From assembly GCA_965652075.1 (NCBI GenBank), contig CBFGTN010000003.1, positions 5,402-69,401 of the forward strand: a DNA stretch of 64,000 bases, given 5' to 3'. This document shows, in pieces, positions 1 through 7,166 of the stretch (positions within the stretch are counted from its first letter, which is position 1; each line of letters opens with the position of its first letter). The notes under the pieces are model-generated. The model worked only from the letters and a program-made list of their open reading frames with translations. It did no database searches and was not told the origin of the DNA. Origin of the DNA: an uncultured bacterium (GTDB lineage Bacteria > Chloroflexota > Limnocylindria > QHBO01). The position numbers and the translations under genes were made by a program.

Positions 1-306
1 CAGGACGAGCTCGTCGCCGGGCTCGAGCTGCAGGCTTCGGGCGACGATGTTGATGCCGGTCGTCGCGTTCGCGACGAACGCGAGGTCGTCCGGATCGGCA
101 CCGACGAACGCGGCAAGCGCTCCGCGGGCCTCGTCGAGGGCCGGCTCCAGGTCGCGCGCGAAGAACGCGACCGGCTCGCGCTCCATGCGCGCCCTCCACG
201 CGTCCTGCGCCTCGAGCACGGCCCGCGGCGTCGCGCCGAACGATCCGTGGTTCAGGAAGCGGACGGCCGGGTCGAGAGTCCAGTGGGCGGCGAGCTCGGA
301 CGGCAT
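1..306 (-). CDS. Class-V aminotransferase-fold PLP enzyme (cysteine desulfurase / isopenicillin-N epimerase-like). Only the N-terminal part is present; the gene runs off the left edge.
   Basis: Reverse-strand translation from ATG at 306..304 reads MPSELAAHWTLDPAVRFLNHGSFGATPRAVLEAQDAWRARMEREPVAFFARDLEP...FVANATTGINIV. The LNHGSFG and ANATTG stretches are typical of this family. The frame is GC3-rich. It is absent from the ORF track because there is no stop inside the window. Confidence 0.6.
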   Translation of the reverse strand, partial: MPSELAAHWTLDPAVRFLNHGSFGATPRAVLEAQDAWRARMEREPVAFFARDLEPALDEARGALAAFVGADPDDLAFVANATTGINIVARSLQLEPGDELVL

Positions 307-327
307 CGGCTCGGTATCGTACGACCG

Positions 328-972
328 ATGCCAGCGCGGAACCGTCCCGACGCGATCGTCTTCGACCTCGACGGCACGCTCGTCGACACGGTCGGGGCGA
401 GGATCGACGCATGGCAGGCCGCGTTTGCCGAGCGTGACGTGATCGTCGGCCGCGATCGGCTCGAGCCGATGATCGGGATGGACGGGCGGCGCCTCGCGGC
501 CGACGTGCTCGGTGACGACGGCCCGGCCGAGGAGGTCGACCGGCGTGCCGGCGCGCTGTTCGACGAGCGCAACCGCGACCCCCGGCCCTTGCCCGGCGCT
601 CGAGAGCTGCTCGGCCGGCTCGACGATGCCGGGGTGACCTGGGCGATCGCAACGTCGTCCCGCGCGGAGCAGGTGGCATCGTCGGTCGCGGCGCTCGAGC
701 TGCCGGAACCGCCGCGCATCGTCGACGGCAGCGCCGTCGAGCACGCCAAGCCGGCGCCCGACCTTCTCTTGCTGGCCGCGCGCGAGCTCGGGATCGGTCC
801 CGAGGCGGCGTGGTACGTCGGCGACTCGACGTGGGACATGCGAGCGGCGATCGCGGCGGGGATGCGGCCGATCGCCGTGACCGCGGGCGCGGCGGTCAAC
901 GAGGCGGAGCTGCGCGCCGCAGGCGCGAGCCTCGTCATCGCCACCCTCGACGGGCTCGAGCTGCCGGAGTAG
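328..972 (+). CDS. HAD-superfamily (subfamily IA) phosphatase
   Basis: HAD motifs are visible: motif I IVFDLDGTLVD, motif II ATSS, motif III lysine in HAKPAPD, motif IV GDSTWD. The internal ATG at 328 is preferred over the track start at 247 because 247 would overlap the divergent gene. A TATCGT box lies 7 nt upstream of 328. Confidence 0.85.
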   Translation: MPARNRPDAIVFDLDGTLVDTVGARIDAWQAAFAERDVIVGRDRLEPMIGMDGRRLAADVLGDDGPAEEVDRRAGALFDERNRDPRPLPGARELLGRLDDAGVTWAIATSSRAEQVASSVAALELPEPPRIVDGSAVEHAKPAPDLLLLAARELGIGPEAAWYVGDSTWDMRAAIAAGMRPIAVTAGAAVNEAELRAAGASLVIATLDGLELPE

Positions 973-977
973 GCCCC

Positions 978-3578
978 ATGCCGCTGGAGGAGTATCGGCG
1001 CAAGCGCGACTTCGGTCGGACGCCCGAGCCGGCGCCGGGGGATGTCGTGGCGCGGAGCGGTCGCTTCACGGTCCAGCGGCATCGCGCGACCGCCCTCCAC
1101 TACGACACGCGCCTCGAGATCGACGGGGTTCTCGTCAGCTGGGCGGTGCCGAAGGGCCCGTCGCTCGACCCGAAGGTCCGGCGGCTCGCCATGCGGACGG
1201 AGGATCACCCGATCGAGTACCTCGACTTCGAGGGCGTCATCCCGGCCAAGGAGTACGGGGCCGGCGACGTCATCGTCTGGGACTGGGGCACATGGGAGCC
1301 CGAGCCGGGTGAGCCGCCACCCGCGGCGGCGCTCCGCCGGGGAGAGATCAAGTTCATCTTCCATGGCCAGCGTCTGCACGGTCGGTACACGATCGTCCGG
1401 ACCGATCGCGACGACGGCCGTGAGCGATGGCTGCTGCTGAAGAAGAAGGACGAGGCCGCGGTCGACGGCTGGGACGCGGAGGACCACCCGACGAGCGTGA
1501 AGACCGGGCGCACGAACGACGAGGTGCAGGCCGGTGAGCCGCCGCGCTTCATGACCGATGCGCCCCGGCAACCCGGCGACGTCGACCTCTCGGCCGCCCG
1601 TGTCTCGCAGATGCCCGACTTCATCCCGCCGATGAACGCCACCCTCGCGAGTGGCCCGTTCAGCGATCCGGACTGGCTGTTCGAGGTCAAGTGGGACGGC
1701 TATCGCGTGGAGGCCGTGGTGCGCAACGGCCGCACCCGGCTCTGGACCCGCCGCCGCCAGGACGCGGCCGCCTACTTCCCGGACCTGGCCGACGCGACGG
1801 GCTGGATCGACGCCGAAGAGGCGATCGTGGACGGCGAGGTCGTGGCCCTCGACGAGCGCGGGCGGCCGCAGTTCAGCCTGCTCCAGGACCACACCGGCAT
1901 CCGGACCTGGCGCGCGCCGGGCGGCAAACGTCGTGGGACGCCCGCGGACGTCGTGTACCAGGCGTTCGACCTGCTCCACGTGGACGGCCAATCGCTGCTC
2001 GACGTGCCGCTCGAGGAGCGCAAGCGGCTCCTGCACGCGCGCCTGCGCCCGCACGCGCTCGTCCGCTTCGCCGGCCACGTCGAGGGCGACGGCGAGGCGT
2101 TCTTCGAGGCGGCACGCGCGCAGGAGCTGGAGGGCATCGTCGCCAAGCTGCGACGCTCGCCATACGAGGTCGGGCGCCGGAGCAAGTCCTGGCTGAAGCT
2201 CAAGGTCCGACGTGAGCAGGAGGTCGTGGTCGTCGGCTGGCTGCCGGGGCAGGGGACGCACGCCGATCTCGGGTCACTCATCCTCGGCGTCCGATCCGGC
2301 GACCGGTGGCTCCACGCCGGCCAGGTCGGGAGTGGGCTCGACGCGCGAACGCGTCGCGAGCTCCTCGCGCGCCTCCACGACCTGGAGCGGCCGACGTCGA
2401 TCCTCGACCCGGCGCCGCGACTGCGCGGCTCCCGCTGGGTGGAGCCCGAGATCGTCATCCGCGTCGAGTTCGCGGAGTGGACGGCGGACGACCTGCTGCG
2501 ACAGGCCGCATTCAAGGGATTCGAGCCCGACCGCGATCCGCGGACGGTTCGCCGCGAGCGCGAGGTCTCGGCAGCGCGCGCCGCGGCCGAGGCCGAGCGT
2601 GCGCACGCCCCCGAAGCGACGCCGCCAACCACCGGAAGCGTGGCCGACGCGATCGCCGCGCTCAACGCGTTGGAGAAGGAGGGCACGTGGGTCGTCGAGG
2701 GCCGCGAGATCCGGGTCACGAACCTCGAGAAGGTGCTGTTCAGCGCCCGCGAGGGCGAGCCGCCGGTGACGAAGCGCGACCTGCTCCGCTACCACGTGGA
2801 GGTCGCCTCGACGCTCGTGCCGTACCTGGACGATCACGGGCTCACCGTCCAGCGCTTCCCGAACGGGATCGAGCAGAAGGGGTTCTGGCAGAAGGACCTC
2901 CCGGGGCACGCCCCGGCCTGGATCAAGCGCTGGACGTTCCACCACCGCGAGGAGGGGCCGAAGGAGTACGCGGTCGTCGACTCCGCGGCGACGCTCGCGT
3001 GGCTGGCGCAGGAGGCGGCCGTCGAGCTCCACCCGTGGACGAGCCCGCTCGAGGCACCCGATCGGCCCTCGTATGCGCTCATCGACATCGATCCGGGACC
3101 GGATACGACGTGGGACGAGCTCCTGGTCATCGCGCGCCTGTACCGGACCGCGCTGGAGCACCTCGGCGTCGTCGGCCATCCGAAGGTGACCGGCAAGCGC
3201 GGGATCCAGGTCTGGATCGGCATCGCGAGCGGGCCGACGTTCGAGGACACGCGGAACTGGGTCGAGGGGCTCTCGCGCGCGGTCGGCTCGATGGTCCCGG
3301 ACCTCGTCAGCTGGGAGTGGGCGAAGCGCGCGCGCCGAGGAAAGGCGCGGCTGGACTACACCCAGAACGTCATCAACAAGACGCTGGTCGCCCCGTACAG
3401 CGCGCGGCCCGCGCCGGGCGCGCCGGTGAGCATGCCGATCACCTGGGACGAGCTCGAGGATCCACACCTCCGTCCGGACCGATGGACGATTCGCTCGGCG
3501 ATCGATCGGATCCGCGAGGTTGGCGATCCGTTCGCCGGCGCGCTGACCGACGACCAGGAGCTGCCGCCGCTCGGCTGA
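978..3578 (+). CDS. ligD: Multidomain ATP-dependent DNA ligase LigD (NHEJ), domain order phosphoesterase-ligase-polymerase
   Basis: N-terminal PE domain: RFTVQRHRATALHYDTRLE...WAVPKGPS...HPIEYLDFEG. Ligase motif I: FEVKWDGYR. C-terminal primase-polymerase-type domain: VTNLEKVLF...QRFPNGI...KRWTF. The start is taken at MPLEEYRRKRDF, 6 nt after the HAD stop. Confidence 0.9.
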   Translation: MPLEEYRRKRDFGRTPEPAPGDVVARSGRFTVQRHRATALHYDTRLEIDGVLVSWAVPKGPSLDPKVRRLAMRTEDHPIEYLDFEGVIPAKEYGAGDVIVWDWGTWEPEPGEPPPAAALRRGEIKFIFHGQRLHGRYTIVRTDRDDGRERWLLLKKKDEAAVDGWDAEDHPTSVKTGRTNDEVQAGEPPRFMTDAPRQPGDVDLSAARVSQMPDFIPPMNATLASGPFSDPDWLFEVKWDGYRVEAVVRNGRTRLWTRRRQDAAAYFPDLADATGWIDAEEAIVDGEVVALDERGRPQFSLLQDHTGIRTWRAPGGKRRGTPADVVYQAFDLLHVDGQSLLDVPLEERKRLLHARLRPHALVRFAGHVEGDGEAFFEAARAQELEGIVAKLRRSPYEVGRRSKSWLKLKVRREQEVVVVGWLPGQGTHADLGSLILGVRSGDRWLHAGQVGSGLDARTRRELLARLHDLERPTSILDPAPRLRGSRWVEPEIVIRVEFAEWTADDLLRQAAFKGFEPDRDPRTVRREREVSAARAAAEAERAHAPEATPPTTGSVADAIAALNALEKEGTWVVEGREIRVTNLEKVLFSAREGEPPVTKRDLLRYHVEVASTLVPYLDDHGLTVQRFPNGIEQKGFWQKDLPGHAPAWIKRWTFHHREEGPKEYAVVDSAATLAWLAQEAAVELHPWTSPLEAPDRPSYALIDIDPGPDTTWDELLVIARLYRTALEHLGVVGHPKVTGKRGIQVWIGIASGPTFEDTRNWVEGLSRAVGSMVPDLVSWEWAKRARRGKARLDYTQNVINKTLVAPYSARPAPGAPVSMPITWDELEDPHLRPDRWTIRSAIDRIREVGDPFAGALTDDQELPPLG

Positions 3579-3597
3579 CCGGGCTACCATGGGGCCG

Positions 3598-4182
3598 ATG
3601 ATCGAACAGCTGCTCACCGTCACCCCCGCGGCCCGCGAGAAGATCGATGGCGTCCGCGACTTCAACGAGTTCCCCGAGGCGGTGCTGCGCGTCCGCATCC
3701 TCGCCCGCGAGGGACCCCGCTTCCGCTACGAGATCGCGCTCGAGGACCCGCGCGATCGGACCGAGGACGACCTCGTCGTCGACGTCGAGGGCCTGACCGT
3801 CGCGGTCGATCCCGTCACGGCGGTCGATCTGGCCGGCTCGACGGTCGACCTTGACGCCGGCATCACCGGCGGCGGCCTGCGCATCGACAATCCGAACGAG
3901 GGCTGGAAGGACCCGGTCGAGCGGGCCGTCCAGGACGTCCTCGACCGCCAGATCAACCCGGGCGTGGGCTCCCACGGCGGGATGGTGTCACTCGTCGAGG
4001 TGCGCGACGGCGCCGCCTACCTGCGATTCGGCGGGGGCTGCCAGGGATGCGCGGCCGTCGACGTCACCCTCAAGCACGGGGTCGAGACGGCCATTCGCGC
4101 CGCGGTGCCGGAGGTCACGGCCATCGTCGACGCCACCGACCATGCGGCGGGGACGAACCCGTACTACGCGCACCAGCACTGA
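3598..4182 (+). CDS. NfuA-like Fe-S cluster carrier (cysteine-less A-type N-domain plus Nfu C-domain)
   Basis: The C-terminal Nfu motif is INPGVGSHGGMVSLVEV...GGGCQGCAAVDVTLKHGVE, with CxxC. The N-terminal HesB/IscA-like half has no Cys. An alternative start lies at 3589. A TACCAT box 7 nt upstream of 3598 suggests a leaderless start. Confidence 0.8.
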   Translation: MIEQLLTVTPAAREKIDGVRDFNEFPEAVLRVRILAREGPRFRYEIALEDPRDRTEDDLVVDVEGLTVAVDPVTAVDLAGSTVDLDAGITGGGLRIDNPNEGWKDPVERAVQDVLDRQINPGVGSHGGMVSLVEVRDGAAYLRFGGGCQGCAAVDVTLKHGVETAIRAAVPEVTAIVDATDHAAGTNPYYAHQH

Positions 4183-4197
4183 GTCGTCGGACACACG

Positions 4198-4223
4198 AAA
4201 CGGGGCCCTCGCGGGCCCCGTTT
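4198..4223. terminator. GC-rich hairpin between the convergent nfuA-like gene and the small ORF; probable bidirectional terminator
   Basis: The sequence is aaaCGGGGCCC-tcgc-GGGCCCCGttt. It has a perfect 8-bp GC stem and a 4-nt loop, flanked by A3 and T3, so it reads as stem plus short U-tract on both strands. Confidence 0.6.
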
Positions 4224-4241
4224 GGCTGCGTTGGATCCCGC

Positions 4242-4370
4242 TCAGCGGAATCGCGCGGGGAAGTCGCCACCGCCGGTCGCGGCCATCACGGTCGTGGCAA
4301 TGCTGAGCAGTGTCAGCGCCGCGGTCGTGCCGGCCACCACGAGCGTGCGGACGAATCGGCTGGTGCGCAT
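4242..4370 (-). CDS. Unannotated small ORF of 42 aa, candidate secreted pro-peptide: MRTSRFVRTLVVAGTTAALTLLSIATTVMAATGGGDFPARFR
   Basis: ATG at 4370..4368, TGA at 4244..4242. A GGGAG Shine-Dalgarno sits 9 nt upstream. By eye about 36 of 42 third positions are G/C, as in the surrounding genes. The N-terminus is basic (MRTSRFVR), followed by a hydrophobic core and a TVMA-AT site resembling an AXA signal-peptidase site, which would leave a 12-aa tail. It ends at the 4198..4223 hairpin. It is below the 60-aa cutoff of the ORF track. Confidence 0.5.
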   Translation of the reverse strand: MRTSRFVRTLVVAGTTAALTLLSIATTVMAATGGGDFPARFR

Positions 4371-4536
4371 CGGTCTTGACTCCCTGGTGTCGCGCTCGGT
4401 CGGGCTTCGCCGAATCGCGTGGAGTCACCGTCGCCCCGATGGGACCAGCCGACAATGCCCCATCGGTCCCGCCTGACAATCGGCGGCGCAGTACTTTTGG
4501 TGGTGCGTTCGGTCAAGTGATGCTTGCCAACGCGTG

Positions 4537-4542
4537 TAAACT
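4537..4542 (+). promoter_or_regulatory. Candidate -10 box (TAAACT) for a leaderless transcript of the XRE-TPR regulator
   Basis: A TANNNT hexamer ends 6 nt before the ATG at 4549. There is no SD. A TG dinucleotide lies immediately upstream. The -35 is poor. Confidence 0.3.
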
Positions 4543-4548
4543 GCGCCC

Positions 4549-5850
4549 ATGCCCCGCACGAAGACCGGCGCGCGAGCGTCGACCGAGCAGGATCGGGCGC
4601 TCGCGCAGCACATCGGTCAGCGGATCCGCGAGGCGCGTCATCGCGCCGGATTGACCCAGCAGCAGCTCGCCGGAGACCGGTACACCAAGGCCTACGTCAG
4701 CGCGCTGGAGACGGGGATCGCGCGCCCGTCGATGGTCGCGCTGCGCTACCTGTCCGAACGCCTCGGGCTCCCCGCCAGCCACTTCATCGACGAGGGCCAT
4801 CCGGCATGGACGAGGCTCGAGGTCGACATGCGGCTCGCCTCCGGTGACTGGGAGGCTGCCGCGGACGGCTACCGGACCCTCCTTGCCGACGCCACCGACG
4901 ACGGGACGCGCGTGGATCTCCTCCGTGGCCTCGCGGAGGCCTCCGCTCGGATGGATCGCGGCAAGGACGCCGTCACGGCCGCATCCGAGGCCGCCCGCAT
5001 CTACGCTGAGGCCGGGCGCGAGGCCGATGCGGCCCTCGCTCGCTACTGGCTCGCGTACGGGCTCTACCAGTCGGACAACGAGGTCGATGCTCGCAGCATC
5101 CTGGCCGCGCTGCTCGAGCAGGTACGCGGCGGGCTGCGCGTCGAGCCCGATTTCGAGATGCGCCTCCTCACCTCCCTGGCCGCCGTCGAGTCACGTGCCG
5201 GCCAGGCGTCGCGGGCGCTGTCTTACCTGGAGGAGGCTCGCGGCTTGTCGGCCGATCTCGACGACCGACGGCGAGCGGCGTTCCTCTTCAACCTCGCGAT
5301 CAACTACCGCGAGGTCGGAGACTACGAGGGCGCCATCCGCGCCGGAACCCAGGGCATGGCCCTGTACCGCGCCGCGGGCGCGATCTTCGAGTCCGCCCGC
5401 ATCGAGAACGACCTCGCCCTCGCCTTCCTGGCGACGGGTCAGGTCGAGCGCGCGCGCGAACTCGCCGCCGACGCGCGACGCCAGATCGAGGAGACGGGCG
5501 ACGAGCGCTGGATGGCTGCCGTCGTCGACACGGAGGCCCAGGTCGCCCTCGCCGACGGCGATGTCGATCGAGCGCTCGAGCTCGCGGTGAGCGCGCGCTC
5601 CTACGCGGACCGCACCGGCAACGAGTTCAATGGGCTCATGGCCATGCTCACCGAGGCGCGCGCTCTCCGCCGCGCCGACCGGGGGGAGGAGGCGGAGGAA
5701 CGATTCGCCGAGGCCGCCCGAATCGCGCGCGCGAGTCGCGCGCCGAACCGCCTGCGCGAGGTGCTGCGTGAGTGGGCGGACCTGCGCGCCGCGGCCGGCG
5801 ACCATCGCGGCGCGTATGAGCTCACGAGCGAGGCGCTCACGGTCAATTGA
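4549..5850 (+). CDS. XRE-family HTH transcriptional regulator with a long C-terminal TPR superhelix (433 aa)
   Basis: The N-terminal Cro/C1-type HTH is LAQHIGQRIREARHRAGLTQQQLAGDRYTKAYVSALETGIARPSMVALRYLSERLGL. The rest consists of repeated TPR-like helical hairpins, for example AFLFNLAINYREVGDYEGAIRAGTQGMALYR. Confidence 0.85.
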   Translation: MPRTKTGARASTEQDRALAQHIGQRIREARHRAGLTQQQLAGDRYTKAYVSALETGIARPSMVALRYLSERLGLPASHFIDEGHPAWTRLEVDMRLASGDWEAAADGYRTLLADATDDGTRVDLLRGLAEASARMDRGKDAVTAASEAARIYAEAGREADAALARYWLAYGLYQSDNEVDARSILAALLEQVRGGLRVEPDFEMRLLTSLAAVESRAGQASRALSYLEEARGLSADLDDRRRAAFLFNLAINYREVGDYEGAIRAGTQGMALYRAAGAIFESARIENDLALAFLATGQVERARELAADARRQIEETGDERWMAAVVDTEAQVALADGDVDRALELAVSARSYADRTGNEFNGLMAMLTEARALRRADRGEEAEERFAEAARIARASRAPNRLREVLREWADLRAAAGDHRGAYELTSEALTVN

Positions 5851-5853
5851 GTG

Positions 5854-5883
5854 TTGACAGGTGCGGTCCACGGACCGTAGTCT
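5854..5883 (+). promoter_or_regulatory. Candidate sigma-70-type promoter TTGACA-18 nt-TAGTCT, embedded in the palindrome GTTGACAG-N21-CTGTCAAC
   Basis: A consensus -35 lies at 5854..5859 and a TANNNT -10 at 5878..5883. The perfect 8-bp inverted repeat 5853..5860 / 5882..5889 brackets it, with an inner GGTCC-ac-GGACC palindrome. Confidence 0.35.
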
Positions 5884-5889
5884 GTCAAC

Positions 5890-5962
5890 CGACGAGTCGG
5901 ATGGGCACGCCGACTTGCCTGCCGGGATCGGAGTTGGGGCACGACTCCGATCCCTTTTCGTT
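5890..5962 (+). ncRNA. Candidate small RNA of about 70 nt with two hairpins; alternatively the structured 3' UTR of the XRE-TPR gene
   Basis: The predicted TSS is about 7 nt after the TAGTCT box. Hairpin 1 is 5893..5917 (AGTCGG-AUGGGCACG-CCGACU). Hairpin 2 is 5924..5954 followed by a U-tract. Both 9-nt loops share GGGCACG. No credible ORF is present. Confidence 0.3.
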
Positions 5963-5965
5963 GTT
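5924..5965 (+). terminator. Canonical intrinsic terminator
   Basis: GGGATCGGAGT-tggggcacg-ACTCCGATCCC is a perfect 11-bp stem followed by TTTTCGTTGTT. The T-tract is present only on the plus strand. Confidence 0.8.
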
Positions 5966-5970
5966 CGGCG

Positions 5971-6555
5971 TCAGGGCTGGGGGCTCGACGCCGTCTCGAC
6001 GAGGACGAACCTGCCCTCCGCGATCGCCACGCCAGCGGGATCGAGGTAGATCCGCATGACGTACGCGCCCGCGCCCCACGCGTCCAGCAGGTTCGCCGCC
6101 GGCACCGTGAAGCCGATGAGCGCGGGCGCGCCGGGGATCGCCTGTGCCTCGATCGGTGCCTGCACGACCTCGAGCGGCCCGCCGTCCGTCCGTTCGACCT
6201 CGACGTAGGCGGCGTCGGCAGGTTCCCCGCCGTCGACGGCGTACGCGAACGTCGATCCGCGATCGAAGGTCGTCGTGCGTGAGGCGACCGGCACCACCCG
6301 CTCGGCGGTGAGCTCGGTGCCGAAGACGATCGCCAGCCGGGCGGTGCCGCTGGTGCTCGACGGGCTCGGCAGGACGGCCCCTCCATCCGCACTCTCCCCG
6401 AACAGCCGCACGGCCCCGGCGATACCGAGCACGATGATCAGGGCCGCCAGCCAGCCGGCGAGCTGCCTGGCGCGCGGCGAGAGGCGGAAGCGTCCTCCGT
6501 CCCCCGGCCGCCGTGCCATCGACCGCGGGCGCCTCGGCAGGAAACGCTCTCGCAT
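5971..6555 (-). CDS. Hypothetical single-pass membrane-anchored protein with an extracytoplasmic beta-rich domain
   Basis: The N-terminus is Arg-rich, followed by one TM helix (LAGWLAALIIVLGIAGAV) and then about 140 aa with no motif I recognise. The frame is GC3-rich. An alternative start lies at MARRPG (6519). Confidence 0.6.
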   Translation of the reverse strand: MRERFLPRRPRSMARRPGDGGRFRLSPRARQLAGWLAALIIVLGIAGAVRLFGESADGGAVLPSPSSTSGTARLAIVFGTELTAERVVPVASRTTTFDRGSTFAYAVDGGEPADAAYVEVERTDGGPLEVVQAPIEAQAIPGAPALIGFTVPAANLLDAWGAGAYVMRIYLDPAGVAIAEGRFVLVETASSPQP

Positions 6556-6632
6556 CGGTCAGTCGGTGACGCGTGCGATGGTGCTCATCGGCACCGCCAC
6601 TCTACGGGACCCGAGCGGCTAGCATGGCCGAC

Positions 6633-7163
6633 ATGACGCGACGCCTCTTCATCTTCGACGACCCCGATCGGTTCGTCGCCGGCACCGTCGGCGAGCCCGG
6701 TGCCCGCGCCTTCTACCTCCAGGCGCGCAAGGGTACGTCCCTCGTGAGCGTCGGGCTCGAGAAGGTCCAGGTCGCCGCGCTGGCGGAGCGCATGGACGAC
6801 CTGCTCAACGCCGTTGAGGCGCCGGAGGACGCCGTCGCGGGTGGGGATCATGGCCTCGAGGAGCCGGTCGTCGAGCTCTTCCGTGTCGGCGCGATGGCCC
6901 TGGCCTGGGACGCGCGCAACGAGGCGATCGTGATCGAGGCGCAGACGCCGACGGAGGACGGCGAGTACCTCGAGGTTCCCGACGACGCCGACGACGGCCC
7001 GGATCTCCTGCGCGTGCGGATCGACGTGGCCGATGCCCGCGGGTTCGTGGCGCGGGCCGAGGCGCTGCTGGCCGGCGGGCGTCCCCCGTGCCCGTACTGC
7101 GGCCAACCCCTGGAACCGACCGGCCACTTCTGCCTTGGCGCCGGACGCGAGTCGCTGAACTGA
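6633..7163 (+). CDS. DUF3090-family protein (actinobacterial conserved hypothetical with C-terminal zinc ribbon)
   Basis: The sequence reads MTRRLFIFDDPDRFVAGTVGEPGARAFYLQA...PPCPYCGQPLEPTGHFC, matching my recollection of the DUF3090 family. A TAGCAT box at 6620..6625 lies 7 nt upstream of this ATG. An alternative ATG at 6624 overlaps that box. Confidence 0.75.
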   Translation: MTRRLFIFDDPDRFVAGTVGEPGARAFYLQARKGTSLVSVGLEKVQVAALAERMDDLLNAVEAPEDAVAGGDHGLEEPVVELFRVGAMALAWDARNEAIVIEAQTPTEDGEYLEVPDDADDGPDLLRVRIDVADARGFVARAEALLAGGRPPCPYCGQPLEPTGHFCLGAGRESLN

Positions 7164-7166
7164 GCG

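Noticed and set aside
252-2261. Very long ORFs in the track lying antisense to or out of frame with real genes. Examples: 252..2261(-), 2274..3698(-), 12973..14982(+), 24829..26067(-), 33471..36413(-), 37659..40364(-), 38528..41248(+), 47051..48466(-), 47594..49657(+), 49543..50619(-), 50304..51602(+).
   Set aside because: Their translations are monotonous Arg/Ala/Pro/Gly/Asp-rich strings with no motifs. They overlap genes that carry unambiguous family signatures in another frame. Stop-free alternative frames are expected in DNA this GC-rich.
4222-4476. 84-aa plus-strand track ORF overlapping the 42-codon minus-strand ORF.
   Set aside because: It starts inside the terminator hairpin, has no SD, and gives a low-complexity translation. 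The minus-strand small ORF has the SD, the coding-like GC3 and a coherent signal-peptide layout.
5901-6059. Plus-strand ORF MGTPTCLPGSELGHDSDPFSLF... downstream of the XRE-TPR gene, considered as an alternative RRNPP-style pro-peptide.
   Set aside because: It has no SD and no signal-peptide-like N-terminus. It reads straight through the strong intrinsic terminator at 5924..5965 and into the antisense of the 5971..6555 gene.
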